Source: a virus. From it: a DNA stretch of 33,970 bases. Location: UHGV virus genome UHGV-0040082; one strand, written 5' to 3'. The translations under genes and the position numbers were made by a program. Position 1 is the stretch's first letter, and every line of letters starts with the position of its first letter. This document shows positions 18,490 to 26,839 of the stretch, piece after piece. Under the pieces are notes generated by a model. That model was given only the letters and a program-made list of their open reading frames with translations, ran no database searches and had not been told where the DNA came from.

Positions 18490-18666
18490 TTACGCCACAG
18501 TTACATTGTCAACTTTGATAAAATATTCAGGATGGTTTTCTATTTCGTGCTGAAAGTGCGCGTGGCACAATCGCCAATCACGCGCCTGGTTGTGAAAATA
18601 GTAAACATATTCGCCATCAATCTTATATAAAATTCCTGTAGGTTTAGCCATGTAGTAACGAACCAT
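18490..18666 (-). CDS. Hypothetical small protein (about 58 aa)
   Basis: ATG overlaps the NinB stop (TAATG) suggesting translational coupling; start choice uncertain. Confidence 0.4.
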   Translation of the reverse strand: MVRYYMAKPTGILYKIDGEYVYYFHNQARDWRLCHAHFQHEIENHPEYFIKVDNVTVA

Positions 18667-19097
18667 TATCGCCCCCAGCGTTTTATAAATTCCTCGTTTA
18701 ACTTCGTATCGCCAGACCACTGAACACCATGTTCCGCGCCGAACGAGTAGATCAGTTCGATTAATTCGCTAAATTCTGCTTTACTCATCCGGCTGGTTGA
18801 CGTACCCAGCACAACAAAACCTGATTTATCCAGGTTAGGGACAACGCCATATTTCTTAAGCCCGGCAGTAAATACCGCTTTCCAGTCTTCCGACGACAGC
18901 TTTTTGCCGTACCAATTAACCTGATCGCTAACGTCTGTCAGCAGCGCCCAAAGCAACGCGTTTTGACTCAGCGAGCGGGTTTTCTCCTTGATGGTAATTA
19001 CCAGCGGGCTTTTGCTATCAGGCTGGATCTCCTTTATCTGTCTGATAGCGTTTTCTTTTACGGCGTCGTTAACTATTTCAAACCTTATTTGCCGCAT
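18666..19097 (-). CDS. ninB: NinB / Orf-family recombination protein
   Basis: 143 aa; matches recalled lambda NinB along its length (ERNRSLDQN..LWA.L.DVS.QV.W.G; VVPNL...GFVV.G.STSRM...EF.EL.ELI..FG.E.GV.WS). Confidence 0.8.
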   Translation of the reverse strand: MRQIRFEIVNDAVKENAIRQIKEIQPDSKSPLVITIKEKTRSLSQNALLWALLTDVSDQVNWYGKKLSSEDWKAVFTAGLKKYGVVPNLDKSGFVVLGTSTSRMSKAEFSELIELIYSFGAEHGVQWSGDTKLNEEFIKRWGR

Positions 19098-19106
19098 AAT
19101 ATCAAC

Positions 19107-19667
19107 TCAAAACAATTGCAATTGAAAACGTTCGCTGACTTCTTTCATTAACTGCTTAACATGTTTCTTATCACGCTTTCGCTGAGTTAACAGGCGGCTT
19201 CCAACCTTGCCGACCGTTTCGCTATCAGTAGCAAAACTGCTTACTGCATTCATTACCTGTTCACAGCTTGCGCCGCAACAAATAAGACCCTTAACGTGTT
19301 CAGCCATGTCATCATGTGTTTTAGGTTTTTCTCCGTAATAGCCATTATGACGAATAGATGGCAATACTTCCTCAAACACCCAATCCTGGAAGCGTTCGGC
19401 TGATTCAAGTTTTGAATGCATAATCAAGCGGAAAACATCCGGTTCGTAAATCAGGCCAACTCCTTTCGGCTTGAATCCGAATCCTAATTCTCGCGTTTTG
19501 CGAGAATCAAGTTTAATCAATGATTTACAGTGTTTTTTAATAGCATCATGCTCGTTCTTATAACCTAACGCGCGAGCAACATTAACAGCAACAAAAGCTG
19601 GCTTATCTGCATAAATAACCGTTTGCACTTGTTTATCATCAAACGAGAATTTAACAACCTTATTCAT
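19107..19667 (-). CDS. Bro-N domain protein (antirepressor-like)
   Basis: N-terminal Bro-N-like segment (AVARALGY..EHDAIKKHCKSLIKLDS ... SKLESAERFQDWVFEEVLPSIR); paralog of the ORF at 23783-24520. Confidence 0.7.
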   Translation of the reverse strand: MNKVVKFSFDDKQVQTVIYADKPAFVAVNVARALGYKNEHDAIKKHCKSLIKLDSRKTRELGFGFKPKGVGLIYEPDVFRLIMHSKLESAERFQDWVFEEVLPSIRHNGYYGEKPKTHDDMAEHVKGLICCGASCEQVMNAVSSFATDSETVGKVGSRLLTQRKRDKKHVKQLMKEVSERFQLQLF

Positions 19668-19857
19668 GTTTTACCCCTTTATAACTTTCGTTTCGCGCCT
19701 TCATAATCATTTGAAGGCTGATTAATTTAGAAGAAGTCATAAAAGCGCTTTTTAAGTACCTCATATCAACAACAACAGGATTATCAGGATCGCCGCCGCG
19801 CATGTATTCCGCAATTGTGCTTAAGTCTTCAACTGTCAATTCCAATTCACTGTTCAT
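19660..19857 (-). CDS. Hypothetical small protein (65 aa)
   Basis: Start placed at the internal ATG (MNSELEL) preceded by AAGGGGG. Confidence 0.3.
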   Translation of the reverse strand: MNSELELTVEDLSTIAEYMRGGDPDNPVVVDMRYLKSAFMTSSKLISLQMIMKARNESYKGVKHE

Positions 19858-19867
19858 GATCGCCCCC

Positions 19868-20074
19868 TTACACAATCCGCATTGTGTTTCGTAATTCTCC
19901 GCGCAACGCCCGTAATGCATCGCGCATCGGCACGAAAACCCGGTTAAATTTTACGTGTTTATATTTCCGCATTAGTGGCGGCGTATACACCATTGCGTCG
20001 TATACTTCCCACGGATAATAAACACGCGTATCGTCAACAAACGTTTCAACTGAATAAAAAATTACACGCCTCAT
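19868..20074 (-). CDS. Hypothetical small protein (68 aa)
   Basis: ORF with plausible RBS; no domain recognised. Confidence 0.3.
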   Translation of the reverse strand: MRRVIFYSVETFVDDTRVYYPWEVYDAMVYTPPLMRKYKHVKFNRVFVPMRDALRALRGELRNTMRIV

Positions 20075-20088
20075 AGTTCCAACCCCGT

Positions 20089-20598
20089 TTAACCGTTAAG
20101 TTTTTCAATCTCAAATACTGGTTTATCAGGCAGTAGGCCGTTATCTTTACGGTATTCGTTTAATAAGTTACTAAAATTAAATGCGACAACATTTGAATAA
20201 CCATAAAAACGCGCGTTTCTGAAAAAATATTTACCGTCAAACTTATTAACAGTTAGTAGGTTCTCACTTCCTAACATCCGCAATATTCTGCCGACCTTTC
20301 CTTTGTTTATATTAATATTCAATTCATTCTTAACATCTTCCGCTGAAAAATACCCGCTACTATTTGAAAACAAAGGGATTATATCCCTTATCGCCATTTC
20401 CCTTACTGACTTCAAGCAATATGATAATCTTTTACTATTTAGATCTACTTTTATAATAACGCCATCAGAAACCAAAGCATCCAAAGCGCAAATTATTTCA
20501 CCTTCCGGTCCAGGAATAGATTTAACTATCGTTCCCTCACCTGAAATAACAGCGTCATTTAAAAAATCAATTATTTGTTGCTGGTATGAAGTTTTCAT
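20089..20598 (-). CDS. Hypothetical protein in a strongly AT-rich island (about 169 aa)
   Basis: Start at MKTSYQQ with GAGG RBS; a sampled 60-nt stretch is ~25% GC versus ~50% in the neighbouring helicase gene. Confidence 0.5.
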   Translation of the reverse strand: MKTSYQQQIIDFLNDAVISGEGTIVKSIPGPEGEIICALDALVSDGVIIKVDLNSKRLSYCLKSVREMAIRDIIPLFSNSSGYFSAEDVKNELNININKGKVGRILRMLGSENLLTVNKFDGKYFFRNARFYGYSNVVAFNFSNLLNEYRKDNGLLPDKPVFEIEKLNG

Positions 20599-20674
20599 TT
20601 TTAGCCTCGTTTTAAACGCGAAAACAGCCACCAGAAAGCGGTAAACTTTCCGGCAAGCTGTTTGCTAATATTGA

Positions 20675-22090
20675 TTAAAAAGATGCGTTATTCTGATTGT
20701 TTCGTTGGTTAAATCGGCTTGCGCGATGATTCATAGACTGAATACATGCAGACGCTGCGCGGGCCTGGTCACAAGGGAGGATATTGCCGTTGTCATCAAA
20801 CCGCTGGTAAACAGTACCAGTTTTCCCGTGACGGTTTTTAGATACAATTATTTCCATGTATTCGCGTGCTACAGACTGCTCATCGTAATAACCATCGCGG
20901 TAAACCATGATGATCCTGTCAGCGTCTTGCTCAAGGTTCCCTGAATCTCGAAGATCTGAATTATTAGGGCGCTTGTTAGGTCGTTCCTCAACGCGGCGGG
21001 ATAACTGGGCCAGCGCCAACACTGGTACGCGCAATTCTTTCGCCATCATCTTCAACGACCATGACAATTGCCCTACAGCGAGATCGTGACGTTCGGCTTT
21101 AGCCAGCTTCATTAAACCGATGTAGTCAATCATTACCATGCCCAGGTTTGGGTGATCCTGCTTCATGCGTTCCGTTGTTGCGCGTATTTCCTCAACCGTT
21201 AACTGCGACGCGTCAACGATCCACACCTCAAGATTAGCAAGTGCGCTCATACCCTGGCCGACATGCGCCCAACCCTCATCATCAAGTTTTACCGGATTGC
21301 GCAGGCAGTCAGTTGATAAATTACCAGCGCCAGCAATGGCCCGTTCAGTCATCTGATCGAGTGACATTTCAAGCGTAAACAGCAAAACGCCTACCCGCTG
21401 ACCTTCGCCACCAGGGTAAGGGCGCTCGGCAGCCTCGCGAGCAATTGCAAGCGCCAACGCAGATTTACCAGACCCAGGACGTCCGGCGAGAAGTACCAAA
21501 TCAGTAGCGTTAATTCCGCCTAACATTTCGTCGAGTGGTTCTATACCTGTTTTGATGTTGTCAGAATTGACACCGCATTCCATGCGCTTGCTTAAAACGT
21601 CCGTATACTCCTGTACCGCATCACGCAACAGAACCGGAATGATCTTGTCTTTCGTTACCTTTAATTTTGAATACCGGGAATCAAAATCTTTCATCGTCTC
21701 TTTGACGACTTCAAGCGTCCCCGTTTCCAGCTTGTAGCGCATATCGTCGATGAGTTCCAACATCTGCCGCCGCTGGTGCTCTTCACGTAGTAGCTGTGCG
21801 TATCCCTTCAGGTTGGCAGCAGAAGGACACGATCGCGCCGTTTGCATTAGCGGTACAAAGTTTTCATTGCCAATCTCATCGCCAACTAATAACGCGTCGA
21901 TAAGATTCCTGTTTCTGGCTTGCGCCCGGATAACTTCAAACGCACGTTTATAAAGCGGGATCGTGAACACTTCAGGATCAAGTGTGGCGAGAACATCTTG
22001 CGCGTTAGGAGTAAGGCCACCTAACAGTAGCCCGCCGATAACTGACGCTTCACGTTCCTGCCGTAGTGAGTTTATTTGCTCAGTTACCAT
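20675..22090 (-). CDS. DnaB-family replicative DNA helicase
   Basis: 471 aa; N-terminal DnaB-like domain, Walker A GRPGSGKS, C-terminal RecA-like fold motifs. Confidence 0.85.
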   Translation of the reverse strand: MVTEQINSLRQEREASVIGGLLLGGLTPNAQDVLATLDPEVFTIPLYKRAFEVIRAQARNRNLIDALLVGDEIGNENFVPLMQTARSCPSAANLKGYAQLLREEHQRRQMLELIDDMRYKLETGTLEVVKETMKDFDSRYSKLKVTKDKIIPVLLRDAVQEYTDVLSKRMECGVNSDNIKTGIEPLDEMLGGINATDLVLLAGRPGSGKSALALAIAREAAERPYPGGEGQRVGVLLFTLEMSLDQMTERAIAGAGNLSTDCLRNPVKLDDEGWAHVGQGMSALANLEVWIVDASQLTVEEIRATTERMKQDHPNLGMVMIDYIGLMKLAKAERHDLAVGQLSWSLKMMAKELRVPVLALAQLSRRVEERPNKRPNNSDLRDSGNLEQDADRIIMVYRDGYYDEQSVAREYMEIIVSKNRHGKTGTVYQRFDDNGNILPCDQARAASACIQSMNHRASRFNQRNNQNNASF

Positions 22091-22124
22091 TATGTTATTG
22101 CCTCCGGTTTACAAAATGGAAAAT

Positions 22125-22631
22125 TCAGGGTAAAGAAATACCGTGATTGCTATGAAAGTTATACATTCTTTCAGCTTCTTTTCTTGCTTTTACGGCATCA
22201 TCAAATGAGTCACCGTAATAAACGTATATTGTTTTCTTTTTCCCATCAGACCCCCTTATACCTATTTGCGCGCGCCATTTATTAGTTTTCTTGTTCCATG
22301 TAACGCCAACGCATCCGCTGGTGTTACTTGATGGTATTGTTTTATTTCTGTTGTTCTCCCTCCTTGTAACCATCCTTAAGTTTTCGATTCTATCATCGCC
22401 AGGCACATGATTTATGTGATCTATTTCCATTCCATCAGGGATAGGGCCGTTAAACATTTCCCAAATAATGCGGTGACGCCATGTACAACACACACCATTA
22501 ACGCGGATAGTCCAATATCCGCTATGATGCCTACTTCCAGCAACGTCACCGGCTTTTGTTTTGTTATTTGCGCGGTTACAAGACCAATATAGAACACCGT
22601 CCCTATAGGTAAATAAATCATCCCACATCAT
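22125..22631 (-). CDS. HNH homing endonuclease with AP2-like domain (second copy)
   Basis: EIDHINHVPGDDRIENLR motif followed by GCVGVTW...W.A.I motif; start overlaps the stop of the upstream gene; paralog of the ORF at 3976-4500. Confidence 0.75.
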   Translation of the reverse strand: MMWDDLFTYRDGVLYWSCNRANNKTKAGDVAGSRHHSGYWTIRVNGVCCTWRHRIIWEMFNGPIPDGMEIDHINHVPGDDRIENLRMVTRRENNRNKTIPSSNTSGCVGVTWNKKTNKWRAQIGIRGSDGKKKTIYVYYGDSFDDAVKARKEAERMYNFHSNHGISLP

Positions 22632-23748
22632 GACACACCACCATTTCAGGCCTATATACAAAGCGACCAATTTCGCCATAATCAGGACTGTAAATGATAA
22701 CCGCCGCGCAACGTTGCGATCTCCATCCTCCATTAGTTGAATAAGCGTCTTTGCCCGCTAACGTGCCGTGGTGTTCAACTATGCCTATAGATGATTCTGT
22801 TACTGATTTATGGTGCAAATGTCCGACATGGACGTAAACATATTTCGACTTGCCGAAATCCTCGCGCCAGTCAGCTACGCAAGCAGCCAATAAATTTTCC
22901 GGCTTTTTAATAGTGTGCCCGTGGTGGTAAGCAAGAAATGTTTTACCGTACTGCGTGTGGTGGACGATAGCAGGTGACACATCAACCGTCACGCGCGGTT
23001 CATCTTCGTAAAAAGCCGCCAGCGCCGCACGTAGCCAAATCATGCCTGACTGATCGTGATTGCCTGACAACACCTGGATTTCAACATCCTTATGATTTAA
23101 CAACATTTTACCTACCGCCCGCCGGACAGACCGGATCGCCACATAAACAAGTTTTGCGTAGCGACTATCTTGATCAAGAATGTGCCCGCTTATTGGCGTC
23201 ACCGGGACCATACCGTCAGAATGAAGCAGATCGCCACCGAGGAGCAGTACGGCTTTTTCAGACATCGGAGCAGCGCCAACAGCGTAGTCAAAGAAGTCAT
23301 TCAACACGCGCTCAGCGATCCCAGTGTCGTAGCTCTCGCCGCATTCAGCTTTATGAGCAAGCGCCCCGATATGCAGATCAAACACCGGATAAAGGGCCAG
23401 GCTTTTTTGAAAATCAATTTCAGGCACTGGCACAGCCTCCGCGCGTGGTATTTCATCCGTGAAAGCGTCGCGGGCCGCTTCCATTAACTGTTCCATTTCG
23501 TCGCGGTCACGGGCTGTTTTAATCCAGCGCATGATCACATTGCCATCCTTATCGACGAGCAATGACTCAGCATTGACGCCAAAACCCGGTGCGCGACGCG
23601 TGGATATTAAACCGCGTTTCGCCAGTTTTGCGCCTAGCCGCTCGACGTTGCGTTTTGACATGCCATATTTTTCAGCGATCTGCTTGTACGTTAAACCGTT
23701 GTTATATTCAGCGATCAATTGCTCATCGCTGATTTTTCTTTGTGACAT
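22618..23748 (-). CDS. HTH domain fused to calcineurin-like metallophosphoesterase
   Basis: N-terminal HTH (LTYKQIAEKYGMSKRNVERL); then phosphoesterase motifs in order: DLHIG, GGDLLHSDG, GNHD, YHHGH, GHLHH. Confidence 0.7.
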   Translation of the reverse strand: MSQRKISDEQLIAEYNNGLTYKQIAEKYGMSKRNVERLGAKLAKRGLISTRRAPGFGVNAESLLVDKDGNVIMRWIKTARDRDEMEQLMEAARDAFTDEIPRAEAVPVPEIDFQKSLALYPVFDLHIGALAHKAECGESYDTGIAERVLNDFFDYAVGAAPMSEKAVLLLGGDLLHSDGMVPVTPISGHILDQDSRYAKLVYVAIRSVRRAVGKMLLNHKDVEIQVLSGNHDQSGMIWLRAALAAFYEDEPRVTVDVSPAIVHHTQYGKTFLAYHHGHTIKKPENLLAACVADWREDFGKSKYVYVHVGHLHHKSVTESSIGIVEHHGTLAGKDAYSTNGGWRSQRCAAVIIYSPDYGEIGRFVYRPEMVVCHDVG

Positions 23749-23782
23749 AGTGTCATTTCCTCACGAATAACAAATTGTATAC

Positions 23783-24520
23783 TTAGTTGCAAGTTAAAAG
23801 CTCAGTGATCCATACTTGTCCTTTAGCAGTGAATACAGCCTGCTCATATCCATCGTGAGTTACCCTCATTTCACCGTAGCCCTCATCAATAAACCACTGA
23901 CTGAATACACGGCGGCGACAGCGAAGATCATAAACACCAACCGCCGAAAGTTTTCTGTTTAATTTTACGGCTGACATTCCCAGCGGTTTAGCTACCTCTG
24001 AAGCCGTTCGGTGCATATCGTTTTTGACTATCGCGTCACATACAGCCGCTTTCGGAGCCAGCACTTTATTTTCAAGCGCAAGACGTTCATTTTCTTGCTT
24101 AACTAACAATTTTTGCTCGTATTCATTAGCCCACGCCCGCGCCGCTTCCGCAGGGTTAGAGAAGTCAGGCAAAGCAGGTTTGCAACCGTAACACCCATTT
24201 TCACGCAAAGCCGGAAGAACCTCCTCGCACACCCAATCCTGGAAGCGCTCGGCTGATTCTAATTTTGATCTCATAACAAGACGGTATATATCTGCCTCTC
24301 GAATTATAATTATGCCTTTTGGTCTGAACCCAAAACCTAATTCCGTTGTTTTAACGGAATCAAGTTTAATCAATGACTTACAATGTTTTTTAATGGCCTG
24401 ATGCTCGTCGTTGTACCCCAGCGCACGGGCCACATCAACCGCAACAAAAGCAGGTTTACCGTCATAAATTACAGCAGTGATTTTATTGTCATCAAAATTA
24501 AAACACATCAACTCAGACAT
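23783..24520 (-). CDS. Bro-N / KilA-C-type antirepressor-like protein
   Basis: Start at MSELM with GGAGA RBS; N-terminal Bro-N segment near-identical in places to the ORF at 19107-19667; longer C-terminal domain. Confidence 0.7.
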   Translation of the reverse strand: MSELMCFNFDDNKITAVIYDGKPAFVAVDVARALGYNDEHQAIKKHCKSLIKLDSVKTTELGFGFRPKGIIIIREADIYRLVMRSKLESAERFQDWVCEEVLPALRENGCYGCKPALPDFSNPAEAARAWANEYEQKLLVKQENERLALENKVLAPKAAVCDAIVKNDMHRTASEVAKPLGMSAVKLNRKLSAVGVYDLRCRRRVFSQWFIDEGYGEMRVTHDGYEQAVFTAKGQVWITELLTCN

Positions 24521-24652
24521 TGTAATTTCTCCGTAAAACGCTCTACAACGCAAAAATCCCACCGCGTAACCCGTTTGCACAGGTTGCAGTGTCTTATTGC
24601 GCCAGAGGCGCTATCAGGTGGCTAATTTTCGATTTACAGACTGGTATGTAGG

Positions 24653-24754
24653 TTATGGATTGATTAGCAGGTACAAACCGCCGAACAAAGCGACGTTAAC
24701 AGCGATTGCAGCAGCGATGGCAAAGGCCAGGGCGAAAACGTGTTTACCGTCCAT
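24653..24754 (-). CDS. Possible 33-aa hydrophobic peptide
   Basis: MDGKHVFALAFAIAAAIAVNVALFGGLYLLINP; RBS GAGAGGA; shares a 17-nt leader (CGTTTTAGAGAGGATTT) with the upstream AntA-like gene. Confidence 0.3.
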   Translation of the reverse strand: MDGKHVFALAFAIAAAIAVNVALFGGLYLLINP

Positions 24755-24768
24755 TTTTTAAATCCTCT

Positions 24769-25407
24769 CTAAAACGAATTATTAGAAACGAATTTTCTGT
24801 ATGGCTTAGGTAACGAAGGAGTGTTGCCGCCAAATAACAACCTTATCGCATTAACAGAAAACTCAACATACATAAACGGTTCACCATCAGCATGATAGCC
24901 AACCTGTTGGCGAGCAAGCCCGCGAAGCGCCATAGACGGCGTAACAATCCAGCCATTATCAACCTTTTGAACCATGCCCAGCTTTGCAGCAGCCTTATAA
25001 ACTTCACCAGACTTTCCAGGCAAGATTTTCCCTGGAGTAAGGAATACACCCTCAAGCATGTTGATCAGGCAATCATTTTCCTTGCGTAACTGCGCTGCCT
25101 CTTTCTCTCTTTCGATGAAGTAGTCACGAACCGCGCGCCCCTTAGGTGTGTGCTGGATCATCGCAATGTGTTTTGCTGCCTCAACAGTCAGAAAATATTC
25201 AGATGCTGGGCGGCCTCCATCCAGGTTATGAACATTTTTGTTCAAAACCTCAAAATCCAAAGACTTACGCAACCCGCACGCCTTTATCTGACGCTTTATC
25301 CACATGTGATAAGGAGTTTTAACACCCATTGCCTCATGTAACTGGCGACCGTCAACAGCCTCGCGCGTAACGCCGTCCATATCCTTAACAACAATATCGA
25401 ACTTCAT
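24769..25407 (-). CDS. AntA-domain antirepressor-like protein
   Basis: 212 aa; N-terminal region resembles the AntA/AntB family; RBS GAGAGGA. Confidence 0.5.
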   Translation of the reverse strand: MKFDIVVKDMDGVTREAVDGRQLHEAMGVKTPYHMWIKRQIKACGLRKSLDFEVLNKNVHNLDGGRPASEYFLTVEAAKHIAMIQHTPKGRAVRDYFIEREKEAAQLRKENDCLINMLEGVFLTPGKILPGKSGEVYKAAAKLGMVQKVDNGWIVTPSMALRGLARQQVGYHADGEPFMYVEFSVNAIRLLFGGNTPSLPKPYRKFVSNNSF

Positions 25408-25540
25408 TTCAAAATCCTCTCTAAAACGCTCTCTAACGAGCTAAACCGCTAAAGATATGCAATCGTAGCACCATGCGTGTTTTAGCTCGCTGGTGAGCTT
25501 GTTTTGTGGGTAATTTTTGATTTTTGCTGATCGTGGTTGG

Positions 25541-26587
25541 TCAAAGAGCGCCACATCGTGTATCACGTAGCGTTTTTGGTTTAAGTAGAAAATCCAGTGT
25601 CGCAGTAAAGCCATTGCCGAAGTAAAAATCTGAAGCCGTGTTTTTGAACGTTTCAAAGTAGGCGACAAAGCCGTTGATGCTTTTGTCTTTCAGGTAGTCA
25701 GTGAACGCATAAATCTTGCGTTCAAGATCCCTATCCAGTTCGGCAGGTGGCAACAGGCCATCAAACGTGCTGTTAAATGCCTCCACTACGTCGGCAGCGT
25801 TTGCAGTGGCTGACAGTTTGCGCCATTTTTCAGCATCAGCCAGATACCCATCAAATTTAGTTACCCGGCAAATGTTTATAGGCTTAGGTGTTCCACCACG
25901 GCTACGCCATTGCGTTAAAGCCCACTCAATCACTAATGTGATCTCATCCTCCGTATACGCTTTACGTGTTTTTGTTTCTGTCAGTAGTTCGATGAATGGC
26001 TTCGCATCACGACATTTGCATCCTGCCTTGTCGTTGTAGAAGGCCAGGCAACGCAACGCCGCTTCGTTTACGCCATCATGATTGACATGTTTTTCTTCTG
26101 GGGGGATATAAGGGGGTATATTTTTAATGTTCTCTTTACTGGTTATATATGACTGGTTAGGGTGACTCTGTGTCACTACCCCCGGTGACTCTGTGTCACT
26201 ACCCTGGTGACTCTGTGTCACTACCCCCGGTGACTCTGTGTCACTACCCTGGTGACTCTGTGTCACTACCCCCGGTGTCACAGTGACACTACCATGCAAT
26301 GACGGAAGGACTATTACATAGAAATTACTAGTTTGCTCTTTTCCTCCGATTAAGTATCTTGGTTGTTTAATCAACAACCCTTTTTCACAAAGTGAGTCTA
26401 CAGCCCTCATAGCTGTTCTTTTGCTGATCTCACACTCCTTTGCTATGTGATGGTAAGAAGGGTAACACTCGCCGTTATCATTAGCGTTATCAGCTAACTT
26501 CAACAGCACTAGTTTGTGCATTGGGTCGCCGACCTCAGTATGGAAGACCTCTACCATTAGCCGCATACTCATAAGCATTAACCTCAT
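25541..26587 (-). CDS. Replication initiator (lambda O-like) containing the origin iterons
   Basis: N-terminal winged-helix/HTH segment, internal peptide repeats GVVTQSHQGSDTESP x3 encoded by DNA iterons, gene sits upstream of the DnaB helicase. Exact start uncertain. Confidence 0.65.
   Translation of the reverse strand: MRLMLMSMRLMVEVFHTEVGDPMHKLVLLKLADNANDNGECYPSYHHIAKECEISKRTAMRAVDSLCEKGLLIKQPRYLIGGKEQTSNFYVIVLPSLHGSVTVTPGVVTQSHQGSDTESPGVVTQSHQGSDTESPGVVTQSHPNQSYITSKENIKNIPPYIPPEEKHVNHDGVNEAALRCLAFYNDKAGCKCRDAKPFIELLTETKTRKAYTEDEITLVIEWALTQWRSRGGTPKPINICRVTKFDGYLADAEKWRKLSATANAADVVEAFNSTFDGLLPPAELDRDLERKIYAFTDYLKDKSINGFVAYFETFKNTASDFYFGNGFTATLDFLLKPKTLRDTRCGAL
26161..26293. repeat. Origin-like iteron array: five 22/23-bp direct repeats plus one palindromic variant
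   Basis: ggtgactctgtgtcactaccc(cc/t) repeated five times (26161-26273), then ggtgtcacagtgacactacc; each unit has internal dyad symmetry GTGAC..GTCAC; AT-rich tract at 26100-26160 on the downstream side. Confidence 0.7.
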
Positions 26588-26593
26588 GACGAA

Positions 26594-26839
26594 CTAAAAC
26601 ATTAACTGATAAACACAGAAGAAACCTGGTAGCTGGCTGATTAGGCCGCTTCTTTTCAGTTGATGAAGTGCAGAGATAGTATCGCGTAACGGAATTTCGC
26701 ACATTTCAGCGATTTCTTCCGGCGTTACTTCGCTTTTGCCGTTGCATCCGGCCTTTGTTGCCAGTGCAATTAAGATGAGTTTTTGCGCCGGATCATTGTT
26801 ATTCAGGCGAATATCAAAAGCCTTGCGCACGTAATACAT
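26594..26839 (-). CDS. Small HTH protein at the Cro position
   Basis: 81 aa; first gene of the minus operon, divergent from the repressor; RBS GGAGA; its HTH resembles the N-terminal HTH of the adjacent O-like protein rather than a classical Cro. Confidence 0.5.
   Translation of the reverse strand: MYYVRKAFDIRLNNNDPAQKLILIALATKAGCNGKSEVTPEEIAEMCEIPLRDTISALHQLKRSGLISQLPGFFCVYQLMF

Noticed and set aside
22974-23770. Arg/Ser-rich plus-strand ORFs overlapping the HTH-phosphoesterase gene
   Set aside because: Antisense to a gene with clear catalytic motifs; highly basic, low-complexity translations; no RBS.
26161-26293. Direct repeat array considered as a possible CRISPR array
   Set aside because: Repeats are contiguous with no spacers, lie inside a coding sequence and carry dyad symmetry; they fit replication-origin iterons.
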